DNA of 64,000 bases from Nannocystis bainbridge. GTDB lineage: Bacteria > Myxococcota_A > Polyangia > Nannocystales > Nannocystaceae. A program made the translations under genes and the position numbers. The notes under the pieces were generated by a model. It was given only the letters and a program-made list of their open reading frames with translations. It made no database searches and had not been told where the DNA came from. This document shows positions 7,729-17,214 of this stretch, piece by piece (position 1 is the first letter of the stretch; every line of letters starts with the position of its first letter). Location of the stretch: the NCBI RefSeq assembly GCF_028368995.1, contig NZ_JAQNDL010000001.1, positions 2,688,001 through 2,752,000 on the forward strand, in the 5' to 3' direction.

Positions 7729-10611
7729 GTGCGTTTAAAGAATATTGCTGCGGGTAGTGTCTCGGCGACGATCGTGACAGCGCTCTGCTGGCTCGCACCG
7801 GAGCCAGCCGAGGCGTTCGCCCCGCAAGCAGGCCGGCGCGCGAGCGTCGAGCTCAGCGCCGCGGCCGGCGGCAGCGCGAGGACCTCGCGCGCCGTGATTC
7901 ACGCCGCCCCGCCGGTCGCCCAGGCCGCCTATCGCCGCTTCGCTGCCGCCCTCGAGCCCGGCGACGTGGTCTGGGATCGGGCCACCGGCGTGCCGCTGCG
8001 GCTGTGGGGCCTGAGGGGCGCGGCTGTCCCGAGGGCCATGCCGAGCCGCGACCTCGAGCTGCGCAGCGCCCACGACCTGCTCGCGCGCCACCTCGACCTG
8101 CTCGCCCCGGGCAGCGCCGCCGCCGACTTCGTGCTCGTCGGCGACGACCTCTCCTCCGGCATCCACAGCCTCGGCTTCGCCCAGCACTACCGCGGCCGCC
8201 CGGTCCTCGGCGGTCAGGTCAGCTTCCGCTTCAAGGCCGGGCGCCTGGCCATGATCGGCAGCGAGGCCCTGCCCAGGGTCCAGGCTGTGCTCACGGACAG
8301 CCCCGTGCCCGAGCCCGTCGCGCGCGAGCGGGCCCGCGAATGGATCGGCGGCGACGCTCGCCCCGATCGCGTCGAGGGCCCCTTCATCCTCCCGCTCGTC
8401 GACGACGAGCGCGTCCGCGGCTACCGCGAGGTCCTGCGGGTCACCGTGCACACCACCGCCCCGATCGGTCGCTGGGCCGTCTACGTCGACGCCGCCACCG
8501 GCGAGCCGCTGGCGCGTGAACAGCTGCTGCGCTTCGCCTCCGGCAACCTCAAGATCGACGCCCCGGTGCGCGGGCCCGGCGGTCAGCGGCTCGAGTTCGC
8601 GGCCGCCAACCTCGGCGTGGTCGTCAACGGCGCCCCCGCCGTCACCACCATCACCGGCGCGGTCAGCTTCGCCGACGGCAGCCCGGCCACCGTCGCCACC
8701 ACCGTGCTCGGCTCGTTCGTCGCCGTCGCCAGCGAGGCCGGCGCCCCGGCGGCCACCAACCTGGCCCTTCCGCCAGGTGGTCAAGCCACCTGGAGCGTCG
8801 CCGCCGACGAGTTCCTCGACGCCCAGCTGACCACCTACGTGCACGCCGACCGGGTCAAGCAGATGGTCCGCGCCATCGCCCCCGACTTCGCCTTCGTCGA
8901 CCAGCAGATGCCGGCGATCGTCAACATCAATGACGTCTGCAACGCCTTCGCCGACGGCGAATCGATCAACTTCTTCCAGTCCGACGCCCAGTGCGAGAAC
9001 ACCGGCCGGATCGCCGACGTGGTCTATCACGAGTTCGGCCACAACGTGCACTTCCAGGGCATCATCCCCGGCGTCGGCTTCCCCGACGGCGCGCTGTCCG
9101 AGGGCATCTCCGACTTCCTGAGCGCGACCATCACCGACTCGCCCGACCTCGCGCCCGGCTTCTTCAAGGGCGACCCCGGCCCGCTGCGCGCCCTCGATCC
9201 GCAGGGCTCCGAGTGGCACTGGCCCGAGGACAACACCGAGATCCACGACGCCGGCCGGATCATCGGCGGCGCCCTCTGGGACCTGCGCAAGGCCCTGCGG
9301 AACAAGCTCGGCGCCGGCCCCGGCGTGGCCCAGGTCAACAAGCTGTGGTTCGAGTCGATCCGCCGCGCGGTCGACATGCCGAGCATGTACCCCGAGGTCT
9401 TGCTGGCCGACGACGACGACGGCGACCTGTCCAACGGGACACCCAACGAGTGCGAGATCAACGTCGCCTTCGACGCCCACGGCCTCGTCGGTCCGTCGGC
9501 GGTCGCGGCCGACGTCGTCACCTCGGCGCCGACCCCCGACGGCGTGCTCGTCGACCTGATCGTGTCGGGCCAGCAAAAGGCCTGTCTCAACCTCAGCCCG
9601 CTCGGCGCCGAGCTGCACTGGCGCGTGCGCGGCGAGCAGCAGAACGGCATGGTGCCGATGAACCCGAGCGCCGGCGGCTTCGCCGGCATCATGCCCAACG
9701 TCGGCGACGGCAAGGTGCTCGAGTATCAGGTGCGCCTCGTGCTGCAGGGCGGCACCACCGTGGTGTTCCCGACCAACGCGGCCGACCCGACCTACGAGCT
9801 CTACCTCGGCCCCGTCACCAACATCTTCTGCGAGGACTTCGAGTCGGGCCCGGCGGCGCAGGGCTGGCAGCTCAACGGCGATTGGGCGTTCGGCCCGCCC
9901 GCCGGTGGCCCCGACCCCGCCGCCGCGTTCAACGGCAGCAGCGTCGCCGGCAACGGCCTGGCCCCGCCCGGCACCTACGAGAGCTTCCTCGAGAGCCACA
10001 TGCTCGGGCCCGTCATCAACGTCGCCGGCCACAACACCGTGCGCCTGCAGCTGCGCCGCTGGCTCGAGGTCGAGGACGCCAACTTCGACCAGGCGCTCGT
10101 GCTCGCCAACGGCAGCGAGGCGTGGCGCAACGCCACCAACGACGCCGGCAAGCTGCACCACATCGACGGCGAGTGGCGGTTCCAGGACATCGACCTCACC
10201 CCGTTCGTCAGCAACGGTCAGGTCCAGCTCGAGTTCATCCTCGAGGGCGACGAGGCGCTCGAGTTCGGCGGCTGGAACATCGACGAGCTGTGCGTCGTCG
10301 GCACCGGCTCCGTCACCCAGGGCGTGTGCGGCGACGGCATCATCAGCGGCATCGAGGCCTGCGACGACGGCAACCTCGACGCCGGCGACGGCTGCAGCCC
10401 GAGCTGCACCATCGAGTCGATCGACCCGACCACCGGCCCCGGCGGCCCCGTCTTCACCGACACCGACACCGACACTGACACCGACACCGACTCGGCCACC
10501 GGCGGCGGCGACAAAGAGTCGGGTTGCGGCTGCAATCAGGGGGCGGGGGACCTCGGCGCCGCCGTGCTCGCCCTCGCCGGCCTCGTCATGCTCCGCCGCC
10601 GTCGCTCGTAG
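7729..10611 (+). CDS. Tandem paralog: secreted gluzincin metallopeptidase with Cys-rich repeat and MYXO-CTERM tail
   Basis: VVYHEFGH, ALSEGISD, HDAGRIIGGALWD, CGDGIISGIEACDDGNLDAGDGCSPSC, (DT)n linker, SGCGCNQG...LRRRRS; collinear with 4773-7697. Confidence 0.85.
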   Translation: MRLKNIAAGSVSATIVTALCWLAPEPAEAFAPQAGRRASVELSAAAGGSARTSRAVIHAAPPVAQAAYRRFAAALEPGDVVWDRATGVPLRLWGLRGAAVPRAMPSRDLELRSAHDLLARHLDLLAPGSAAADFVLVGDDLSSGIHSLGFAQHYRGRPVLGGQVSFRFKAGRLAMIGSEALPRVQAVLTDSPVPEPVARERAREWIGGDARPDRVEGPFILPLVDDERVRGYREVLRVTVHTTAPIGRWAVYVDAATGEPLAREQLLRFASGNLKIDAPVRGPGGQRLEFAAANLGVVVNGAPAVTTITGAVSFADGSPATVATTVLGSFVAVASEAGAPAATNLALPPGGQATWSVAADEFLDAQLTTYVHADRVKQMVRAIAPDFAFVDQQMPAIVNINDVCNAFADGESINFFQSDAQCENTGRIADVVYHEFGHNVHFQGIIPGVGFPDGALSEGISDFLSATITDSPDLAPGFFKGDPGPLRALDPQGSEWHWPEDNTEIHDAGRIIGGALWDLRKALRNKLGAGPGVAQVNKLWFESIRRAVDMPSMYPEVLLADDDDGDLSNGTPNECEINVAFDAHGLVGPSAVAADVVTSAPTPDGVLVDLIVSGQQKACLNLSPLGAELHWRVRGEQQNGMVPMNPSAGGFAGIMPNVGDGKVLEYQVRLVLQGGTTVVFPTNAADPTYELYLGPVTNIFCEDFESGPAAQGWQLNGDWAFGPPAGGPDPAAAFNGSSVAGNGLAPPGTYESFLESHMLGPVINVAGHNTVRLQLRRWLEVEDANFDQALVLANGSEAWRNATNDAGKLHHIDGEWRFQDIDLTPFVSNGQVQLEFILEGDEALEFGGWNIDELCVVGTGSVTQGVCGDGIISGIEACDDGNLDAGDGCSPSCTIESIDPTTGPGGPVFTDTDTDTDTDTDSATGGGDKESGCGCNQGAGDLGAAVLALAGLVMLRRRRS

Positions 10612-10847
10612 AACCGCATCGGCGCGCCGCTCGAGACACTCTCGAGGCGCGCGCCCCCCTGATCCCTCGCGACCCCGACCACACCGGCCGGGGTCGCGTC
10701 GTTTCGCCCTCCGACTGCGCCTGCGCGATCCCAAGCGGCCGATTTCAGCGGCCTGAACCTTGGCTGCGGACACCTGACCGGTATGCTGTCCTCGGCACTA
10801 TTTGCGCAGGGCAACGAGGCCGGGCGAACGCCCGGGAGGAGGTTGGA

Positions 10848-12080
10848 ATGCAGCTGGACATCTTCACCGAGATTCAGGACCCCCGGCCGTGGACGCCGGA
10901 CCACGAGCACCGCCGGATCATGGAGGCGCTCGAGCAGGCCAAGCTGGCCGACGAGATGGGCTACGGGACGTGGTGGCAGGTCGAGCACCACGGGGGCGAG
11001 GAGTTCAGCCTGTCGTCGGCGCCGGAGATCCTGCTGACCGCGATCTCGCAACACACGAAGAACATCCGCCTCGGCCACTCGGCCGCGCTGGCCCCGTACC
11101 GCTTCAACCACCCGATCCGGATCGCCGAGCGGGCCGCCTTCCTCGACCACCTCAGCAACGGTCGCGTCGAGCTCGGCCTGGCCCGCTCGACCATCCCCGA
11201 GTGGCGCACCTTCAACATCGCCGCCGACGAGGCGCGCGACCAGATGCAGCAAGCGTTCGAGATGATCCCGAAGATGTGGACGCAAGAGCGCTTCTCTTGG
11301 AAGAGCCAGTACTTCGACATCAACAACGTGCCGATCGTGCCCAAGCCGCTGCAGAAGCCGCACCCGGCGCTGTGGCAGGCGTGCTCGTCGCCGGCCTCGT
11401 TCGAGCAGGCCGGCCGCAACGGCGTCGGCGCGCTCGGGGTCACGCTGTGGGCCCCGCCCGAGCAGGTCAAGGCGTGGATCGAGCTCTACCGCAAGGCGAT
11501 CGCGCAGTGCACGAAGCCGGTCGGCGAGTTCATCAACGACAAGGTCGCGTTCTTCACCTTCGTCCACTGCGCCGACACCGACGAGGAGGCGATGCAGAAC
11601 GGCGCCGCCACGGCGGCCGCCTGGTACACCAACCGCTCGTTCACCTTCTTCGAGGCCAAGGAGCAGTTCCTGCAGGTCGCCGCCGAGCAGGAGAAGCGGC
11701 TCAAGGACCCGGCCGGCAGCGCCCTGCTCGGCCAATTCCTCAACAATGAGCAGGCCCGCACCGGCGGCCGCGTCAACCGGGCCCAGATCGTCATCGGCCG
11801 CATCATGCAGGGCGAGGAAGTCTCGCCGGCCGAGGTCTACGAGGCGCTCGCCGACCAGGACTCGCTGATCGTCGGCAGCCCCGAGACCTGCCTGCGCAAG
11901 ATGCAGGTCTACGCCGACCTCGGCATCGACCGCCTGATGTGCTTCCAGCAGGTCGGCCAGCTGACCCACGAGCAGGTGATGAAGAGCATCCGCCTGGTCG
12001 GCGGGCTGATCCCCAAGCTGGCGAAACAGCCCGCGCCGGCGCCCCTCCACGGCGAGGGCACGCTGCTCGCCGAGGTGTGA
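10848..12080 (+). CDS. LLM-class flavin-dependent oxidoreductase (luciferase-like)
   Basis: EQAKLADEMGY..WQVEHH, IRLGH, HPIRIAERAAFLDHLSNGRVELG, PKPLQKPHP, IVGSPE; GGAGG upstream of ATG 10848. Confidence 0.93.
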   Translation: MQLDIFTEIQDPRPWTPDHEHRRIMEALEQAKLADEMGYGTWWQVEHHGGEEFSLSSAPEILLTAISQHTKNIRLGHSAALAPYRFNHPIRIAERAAFLDHLSNGRVELGLARSTIPEWRTFNIAADEARDQMQQAFEMIPKMWTQERFSWKSQYFDINNVPIVPKPLQKPHPALWQACSSPASFEQAGRNGVGALGVTLWAPPEQVKAWIELYRKAIAQCTKPVGEFINDKVAFFTFVHCADTDEEAMQNGAATAAAWYTNRSFTFFEAKEQFLQVAAEQEKRLKDPAGSALLGQFLNNEQARTGGRVNRAQIVIGRIMQGEEVSPAEVYEALADQDSLIVGSPETCLRKMQVYADLGIDRLMCFQQVGQLTHEQVMKSIRLVGGLIPKLAKQPAPAPLHGEGTLLAEV

Positions 12081-12222
12081 CCCGCCCGCGCGTCCGCGCC
12101 CGCTCCTGGGGCCGACGAGCCTCGGAGCGGTCGCGGACGCGCGAGATGAATAAATTTTCATGTTCCCCTGGCATCGGCCGGATACCGCTGCCACGCTCAA
12201 CGGAGCAAAGGATCCCTTCGCC

Positions 12223-13206
12223 GTGCAGCGCTCCCTGCTCTCCGCCTTGACCCTGTCGTTCGGCCTCTGTGCCTGTGGCCCCGAGCTCAACCCGCCGCGG
12301 CCGCCCCCGGCCCACAGCGAGCTGGCCCCGGGCGGCGTCTGGGTCGCCTACAACCTCGGCTGCGAGGTCGGCTGCGAGGAGATCAAGCGCGGCGACCGGA
12401 TCCTCGCCGTCGACGGCCGCCCGGTCTCGAGCGGCGCGGAGCTCGACCAGATCAACCTGGCCCGCAGCGCCCCGCTCACCCTGCAGGTCGCCAAGTACGG
12501 CGGCAACGAGATCCGCGACGTCACGATCGTCGCCAAGCCCAACGAGCTGCTGCCGCCGATCGCCGCCGCCCCGCCGCTGTTCACCGTCGGCGCCGACGCC
12601 CTCGACCGCGCCCCCGAGTGGGCCCGCAGCAAGCTGTTCGGCCACGCGATCCCGGCGATCCGCTTCTACCGGGCCGACGAGCCGCGCGGCTACATCAGCG
12701 GCCGCGAGCTGTACGGCCGCGCCGCCCTGCTGGTGATCTGGGAGCTGCCCCAGTACATCGAGGAGTACCGCCGCTCGCTGGTCCTCGCCCCCTCCGTGTA
12801 CGCGCACATGCAGCAGTTCAGCGACGAGCTGGCCGCCGCCGGCGTCGACAGCTACTTCATCACCGACTTCCGCGCCGAGCCGGCCATCCGCGACATGCTG
12901 CGCAAGACCGCAGACCCCGGCCCCGACGGCTTCATCCCGATCTTCCAGCTGTCGTCGGCCCCGAACAACGGCTTCACGGTCGGCCTCGAGGGCCCCGCCG
13001 CCGACATCCGCGAGTCGATCTTCGACTACTCCCAAGCCCCGGTGGTCCTCATCTTCGACCGCCGCGGCATCGTCCGCTTCCACACCCGCGGCTTCCCGGC
13101 CGGCCCCGTCGACACCCTGTCCGTCGCCATCGACTTCGCCCTCCACTCCCTCACCGACGCCCCCACCCCCGCCGCGCTGGCCTCGATCCCGTCCGGCGCG
13201 CAGTGA
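12223..13206 (+). CDS. Lipoprotein with PDZ domain and C-terminal redoxin-like fold
   Basis: Lipobox GLCAC; IKRGDRILAVDGRPV (PDZ); GRAALLVIW...APVVLIFDRRGIVRF (TlpA-like, no CxxC). Confidence 0.65.
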   Translation: MQRSLLSALTLSFGLCACGPELNPPRPPPAHSELAPGGVWVAYNLGCEVGCEEIKRGDRILAVDGRPVSSGAELDQINLARSAPLTLQVAKYGGNEIRDVTIVAKPNELLPPIAAAPPLFTVGADALDRAPEWARSKLFGHAIPAIRFYRADEPRGYISGRELYGRAALLVIWELPQYIEEYRRSLVLAPSVYAHMQQFSDELAAAGVDSYFITDFRAEPAIRDMLRKTADPGPDGFIPIFQLSSAPNNGFTVGLEGPAADIRESIFDYSQAPVVLIFDRRGIVRFHTRGFPAGPVDTLSVAIDFALHSLTDAPTPAALASIPSGAQ

Positions 13207-13264
13207 AGGCGTCTCCTCGCGCCGGCCTCGGTCTCGTCCGGCGCGCAGTGAGGGTGTCCTCGAG
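13175..13264 (+). repeat. 45-bp imperfect tandem duplication of a gene 3' end including the stop codon
   Basis: GGCCTCGATCCCGTCCGGCGCGCAGTGA and GGCCTCGGTCTCGTCCGGCGCGCAGTGA; CAGTGA at 13201 and 13246. Confidence 0.8.
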
Positions 13265-13336
13265 AGCATGTCCGAGGGAACATGCCTGAGAGACCATGTC
13301 TTTCAGGACATGACGTATAGTACATACTCTCAAGCA
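13253..13336. repeat. Intergenic 14-bp-period array
   Basis: Nodes GGTG 13253, CATG 13267, 13281, 13295, 13309, CATA 13323. Confidence 0.9.
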
Positions 13337-13452
13337 TTGCTCTAAACGCCGCCTTCCATGCGGCGACGAGTGACGAGCCTCGGCTGCCCCGAACACGGCC
13401 GGCCCGCGCCGGCCTCCGAGTCACCCTGCCCAGGGCAGCGAGCGCCGCCGGT

Positions 13453-14628
13453 TCACGACAAGCGACCGCCGCGCCAGCGCACGCGATGCTTCTTGTCGAT
13501 CGCCCGGGCTCGCTCGCCCGGGGCGAGCCCGAGGAATTCGACCTCGCCCGCGTCCCTCCACGCGTTTAGCCAGTCCTTGACGTCGGCCAGGCAGGTCATC
13601 GGTAGCCGCAAGCCGTCCCCGACGAGCGTGGGGAATTCGACCTCGCCGGCGTCGCGCAACCGGTCCGCCAGCGCCGCGCGGGCCCTCCGGTGATAGCGCT
13701 GCTGCAGCTCGGCCATGTACGACGTCTCCATCACGGGCGCCTCGAACATCTCGGTCTGCCCTCTTTGCAGCCGCTCGCGCTGCTTCGCCTCGGCCCGCGC
13801 CGCTCGTTGCTCGGGCGTCACCTCTCGCTCGGTGTCACGAAACGCGACCAGGCCGTGAAGGCTTCGCGTCGCGTAGACCAGGTGATAACAGGTCCGATCG
13901 TGGCGCGGGTTGAGCACGACCGTCGGCACGCAGTGCGCGAAGCCTCCCGCCCTGAGCACCCGATCGCAGTACGTCTCGACGATCCGGTCCTCCCGGTCGA
14001 GGTCCGCCAATCCCCGCCACGCCTCGCGGTAGGTCGCGTCGCCGAACAGGTCGATGAACGACTGGAGCGCGACCGACTCACCGTCGTCGACGAAGCGGGT
14101 GATGTCCTTGGTCATGAAGTTGATCAGCACCTCGCTGCGGCGGATCTTCAGCAGCGGCGTGATCGCCTTCAGCCCGTAGCCCGTCCAGCCGGTCGGATCG
14201 ATGAAGACGAAGGCGAACGGCTGCGGTCCCTGCTCGGCGAACCGACACGCCTGCTGGATATGCGCCTCGAACTCGCCGTTGTGGGCCGCGCTCTCGACCG
14301 ACGCGAATTGCTCGTCCAGTAACCCCTGCAGCAGCGCAAACGCCTCGCGGCCGGTCTCGACGAACATCCCGCGGACCCGCAGCTCGATCTGCCGCGCCCG
14401 CAACAGGTCTCGCGCCGCGCACAGCTGGGTGAGCGCCACGTGCGGCGAGGTGTCCCGCAGCGCCTCGGTGGCCTGCTGCCACGGCCCCGAGAACCCGTCG
14501 ATATAGTTGAGCGTCGTCCCCGGTCGGTAATGCCCGATCTTCAGGGCGAGCTGCTGCAGATAGTGCTCGAGCACGTAATGTTTGACATACGCCTGCTCGC
14601 GGCGTCGATAGTCTTGACGATGTACCAC
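13453..14628 (-). CDS. tcmP: Three-Cys-motif partner protein TcmP (methyltransferase-like fold)
   Basis: KHYVLEHYL, YIDGFSGPW, FVFIDPTGW, EVLINFM, YHLVYAT; directly downstream of a DUF5131 gene. Confidence 0.8.
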   Translation of the reverse strand: MVHRQDYRRREQAYVKHYVLEHYLQQLALKIGHYRPGTTLNYIDGFSGPWQQATEALRDTSPHVALTQLCAARDLLRARQIELRVRGMFVETGREAFALLQGLLDEQFASVESAAHNGEFEAHIQQACRFAEQGPQPFAFVFIDPTGWTGYGLKAITPLLKIRRSEVLINFMTKDITRFVDDGESVALQSFIDLFGDATYREAWRGLADLDREDRIVETYCDRVLRAGGFAHCVPTVVLNPRHDRTCYHLVYATRSLHGLVAFRDTEREVTPEQRAARAEAKQRERLQRGQTEMFEAPVMETSYMAELQQRYHRRARAALADRLRDAGEVEFPTLVGDGLRLPMTCLADVKDWLNAWRDAGEVEFLGLAPGERARAIDKKHRVRWRGGRLS

Positions 14629-14649
14629 GGCCCCCTCCAGGGAACCCGA

Positions 14650-15441
14650 TCATGCTAGCACTTCGAGACGCACGGGCTCGCGCGACCGGACCGGGCGCGC
14701 CTGCGAGCGCTCGCGGGCGCTCGCGGGCAGCTCGTCGAAAGTCCGACCGAGCAGCGTGCGACCGTGACGGCTCTTCTGCACGCCGCCCCACTGCTTGAAG
14801 AAGAACGGCACTCCGGCGTCGCGCGCCTGCTCGAGCAGCGAGAGGACCCACGCTTCCTGCATCGGCCGCGCCTTTGGGCCGCTCTCACCGCCGACGATTA
14901 CCCAGTCGATCCCGCGCAGGTCGACCCGCCCGAGATCCTCGAGCAGCGGCTCGATCGAGAGGAAGCGCAGCGCCGCCGGCGTCTCGCGCAGCACGTCGAT
15001 CCGCGGCAGCCCGAACTTGCGATCCTCGACGCTGACCCCGAGCCAGATCTGCGGCTGTCGGACCAGCGCATCCGGCAACTCCGAGCACACCTGCCGCATG
15101 CGTGCGGCTCGCTTGGTCAGCACCTGGTACGTGTGCCACGGCGCCCGGTTCATCGTCGTGAACACGCTGCGGATGAACTCGATCGGCACGCCCTCCTGAA
15201 ACAGGTCGCTCATCGAGTTGACGAAGATCCGCCGGCTCTTGCGCCACCGCAGCGGCTCCGCCAACTTCTCGGGCACGAGCCGCAGATCGAACCCCTGGCC
15301 GTACGGATGATCCGGCAGGCCGCGCCAGCGCTCGGCGAACGTCTCGGCGTAGCAGTGCTTGCAGCCCGGGCTGATCTTGGTGCACCCCCGCACCGGGTTC
15401 CAGGTGGCGTCGGTCCACTCGATCGCGCTGCCGTCGCTCAT
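14650..15441 (-). CDS. DUF5131 / phage Gp37-Gp68 family protein
   Basis: IEWTDATWNPVRGCTKISPGCKHCYAE, IFVNSMSDLF, YQVLTKR, FLSIEPLL, WVIVGGESG, FFFKQWGG. Confidence 0.93.
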   Translation of the reverse strand: MSDGSAIEWTDATWNPVRGCTKISPGCKHCYAETFAERWRGLPDHPYGQGFDLRLVPEKLAEPLRWRKSRRIFVNSMSDLFQEGVPIEFIRSVFTTMNRAPWHTYQVLTKRAARMRQVCSELPDALVRQPQIWLGVSVEDRKFGLPRIDVLRETPAALRFLSIEPLLEDLGRVDLRGIDWVIVGGESGPKARPMQEAWVLSLLEQARDAGVPFFFKQWGGVQKSRHGRTLLGRTFDELPASARERSQARPVRSREPVRLEVLA

Positions 15442-15671
15442 TCGTCGGGGATAGCACAGGCCCCGGATCGGCACGAGGTCGCAGCGAGCTGAGCAAACAC
15501 GCGAAGTCTCGTGGGGCCCCCCCAGCGCACCTTGCTGGACCCATTGAAGCGAGCGCGACGACGATCGCTCGCAGATGACGCGAGACCGACGCGCGGGCAT
15601 ACTCTTCGAGCTGCATCACGGCCGCTATGCCGACGCTGCAGCATCCGCTATCCCCGCCCCGAACACCGCTC

Positions 15672-16376
15672 ATGCCCCACGCTCTCGCCCGCCTCGACCT
15701 CCTCGCCGTCACGCTGCTCGCCGTCCTCCCCGCCTGTCCCGGCGCCGAGAAGACGACCGCCGGCGACGCCACCAGCGACACCTCGACCACCACCACCGGC
15801 ACACCGACCTCGACCGGCACCCCGACCTCGACTGACGCCTCGACCGACACCGACGCCGGCACCGGCACCGAGACCGGCGAGCCGAGCGCGCTGTGCCCTG
15901 ACCACACCGTCGCCGACGCCTGTTGCTGCTTCGAGGCCCACGTCAACCTCTCCTCCACCGTCGAGAACGTGTGTGGCACCACCAGCCTGTGTCCGGCGGT
16001 CGAGTTCGAGTGCAGCGACATCGACCAGACCTGCGCCGCCGCCGACGAGGCCGCCGTGAATTGCGTGCTCGAGGCGCTCGCCGACGGCACCGCGATCGGC
16101 TCGCTGAGCGTGCACTACGACATCGACAACGGCTACGGCCAGCGCAAGATCGACGTCTACCTGCAGGGCGACCGCACCGCCTACGTCGCCCACAAGGAGG
16201 AGCTCGACGCCAGCGGCTATTTTAAAGATGTCGGCCGCTATGAGCTCCGCGACGCCGCGCACTTCGACGACTGCCGGGCCGAGGTCGACATCCAGGCCAA
16301 GGCCGACTGCCTCGAGGAGGTCGTCAGCGGCGAGGTCGGCGAGGTCTGTATCGCGTCGTTCGGGTACGAGACCTGA
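15672..16376 (+). CDS. Hypothetical Cys-rich lipoprotein with Thr-rich linker
   Basis: Signal ending VLPAC, T/D/G-rich linker, Cys-rich C-terminal domain, GC3-biased codons. Confidence 0.75.
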   Translation: MPHALARLDLLAVTLLAVLPACPGAEKTTAGDATSDTSTTTTGTPTSTGTPTSTDASTDTDAGTGTETGEPSALCPDHTVADACCCFEAHVNLSSTVENVCGTTSLCPAVEFECSDIDQTCAAADEAAVNCVLEALADGTAIGSLSVHYDIDNGYGQRKIDVYLQGDRTAYVAHKEELDASGYFKDVGRYELRDAAHFDDCRAEVDIQAKADCLEEVVSGEVGEVCIASFGYET

Positions 16377-16569
16377 CCGCAGCCCGTGGCGTGGAGCGCG
16401 ACGGTCCTCCGCGCACCGCCGCCTGCCTGGCGACGCGAGCGTCCCGAGCTGCCGCGCCTCGCGTCGTGGGCGCCGCATCCCGCACCGCGTGCCCCGCGTC
16501 CGCGTGACGCGAAGCCTCGCCCGGCCATGGCCCCGCCGCGCGCGCTCCGCCTGTCACGCCTCGCATCCC

Positions 16570-16674
16570 GCATCCCACGTGACGCCAGCCGCGCGCGCAG
16601 GCATGCCCACGCGTGACGCCAGCGCCGCGCGCATGCATGCCCACGCGTGACGTCAGCCCTGCGCGCAGGCATGC
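16570..16674 (+). repeat. Tandem repeat of about 34 bp, 3 copies
   Basis: Units start at 16570, 16601 and 16635; core GCATGCCCACGCGTGACG(C/T)CAGC. Confidence 0.8.
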
Positions 16675-16683
16675 TCGAAGTGC

Positions 16684-17127
16684 CTGCCCGACTTCGCCGC
16701 CCTGCTCCCGCCCGCCGAGGCCTCGCTGCTGGTGCTGCTGGTCGTCAGCTTCCTCGCGGCCACGCTCGTGCCGCTCGCCTCCGAGGTGTGGCTGCTCGCG
16801 CTCCTGGCGGCCCGGCCCGATCTATGGCCCGCGGCCCTCGCCGTCGCCACCCTCGGCAACACGGCCGGCAGCCTCACCACCTACGCGCTCGGTCGGCTCG
16901 GCCGTGTCGCAATCGACCCTGCCAGGCTCGCCTCGCGCCCGGCCCGGTGGCTGCAGCGCCGCGGCGCCCCGGTGCTCCTGCTCGCCTGGCTCCCGTTCGG
17001 CGGCGACGCCCTGTGCCTGGTCGCAGGCTGGCTCAAGCTGCCCGTCCTGCCCGCCCTGCTGTGGATCGCCCTCGGCAAGCTGGCCCGCTACGCCGCCCTC
17101 GTCTGGCTCTGTTTGACAGCGGCCTGA
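16684..17127 (+). CDS. YqaA/DedA (VTT domain) membrane protein; start uncertain
   Basis: SFLAATLVPLASE, ATLGNTAGSLTTYALGR, LLAWLPFGGDALCLVAGWLK, GKLARY. Confidence 0.85.
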   Translation: MPDFAALLPPAEASLLVLLVVSFLAATLVPLASEVWLLALLAARPDLWPAALAVATLGNTAGSLTTYALGRLGRVAIDPARLASRPARWLQRRGAPVLLLAWLPFGGDALCLVAGWLKLPVLPALLWIALGKLARYAALVWLCLTAA

Positions 17128-17214
17128 CGCACGCTCACCGCGCGATCAGACTTCACGTCGACACCCGCTGCTCGCGTCTCGCCTCACGCAGGTCAGGCCC
17201 GACCGCGATCATGA

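Noticed and set aside
10455-10492. (GACACC)n hexamer run as a contingency locus
   Set aside because: In-frame Asp-Thr linker before the sorting tail; such linkers are common in these proteins and cannot shift the frame
4749-10773. Long antisense and alternate-frame ORFs (e.g. 4749-7232, 7735-10773, and similarly 20088-23903, 31971-36506)
   Set aside because: Shadow ORFs expected from high GC3; Arg/Ala/Gly-rich with no motifs, and they overlap well-supported genes
14650-15441. Prophage inferred from the Gp37/Gp68 family gene
   Set aside because: No integrase, terminase, capsid or tail genes nearby; this family is common outside phages
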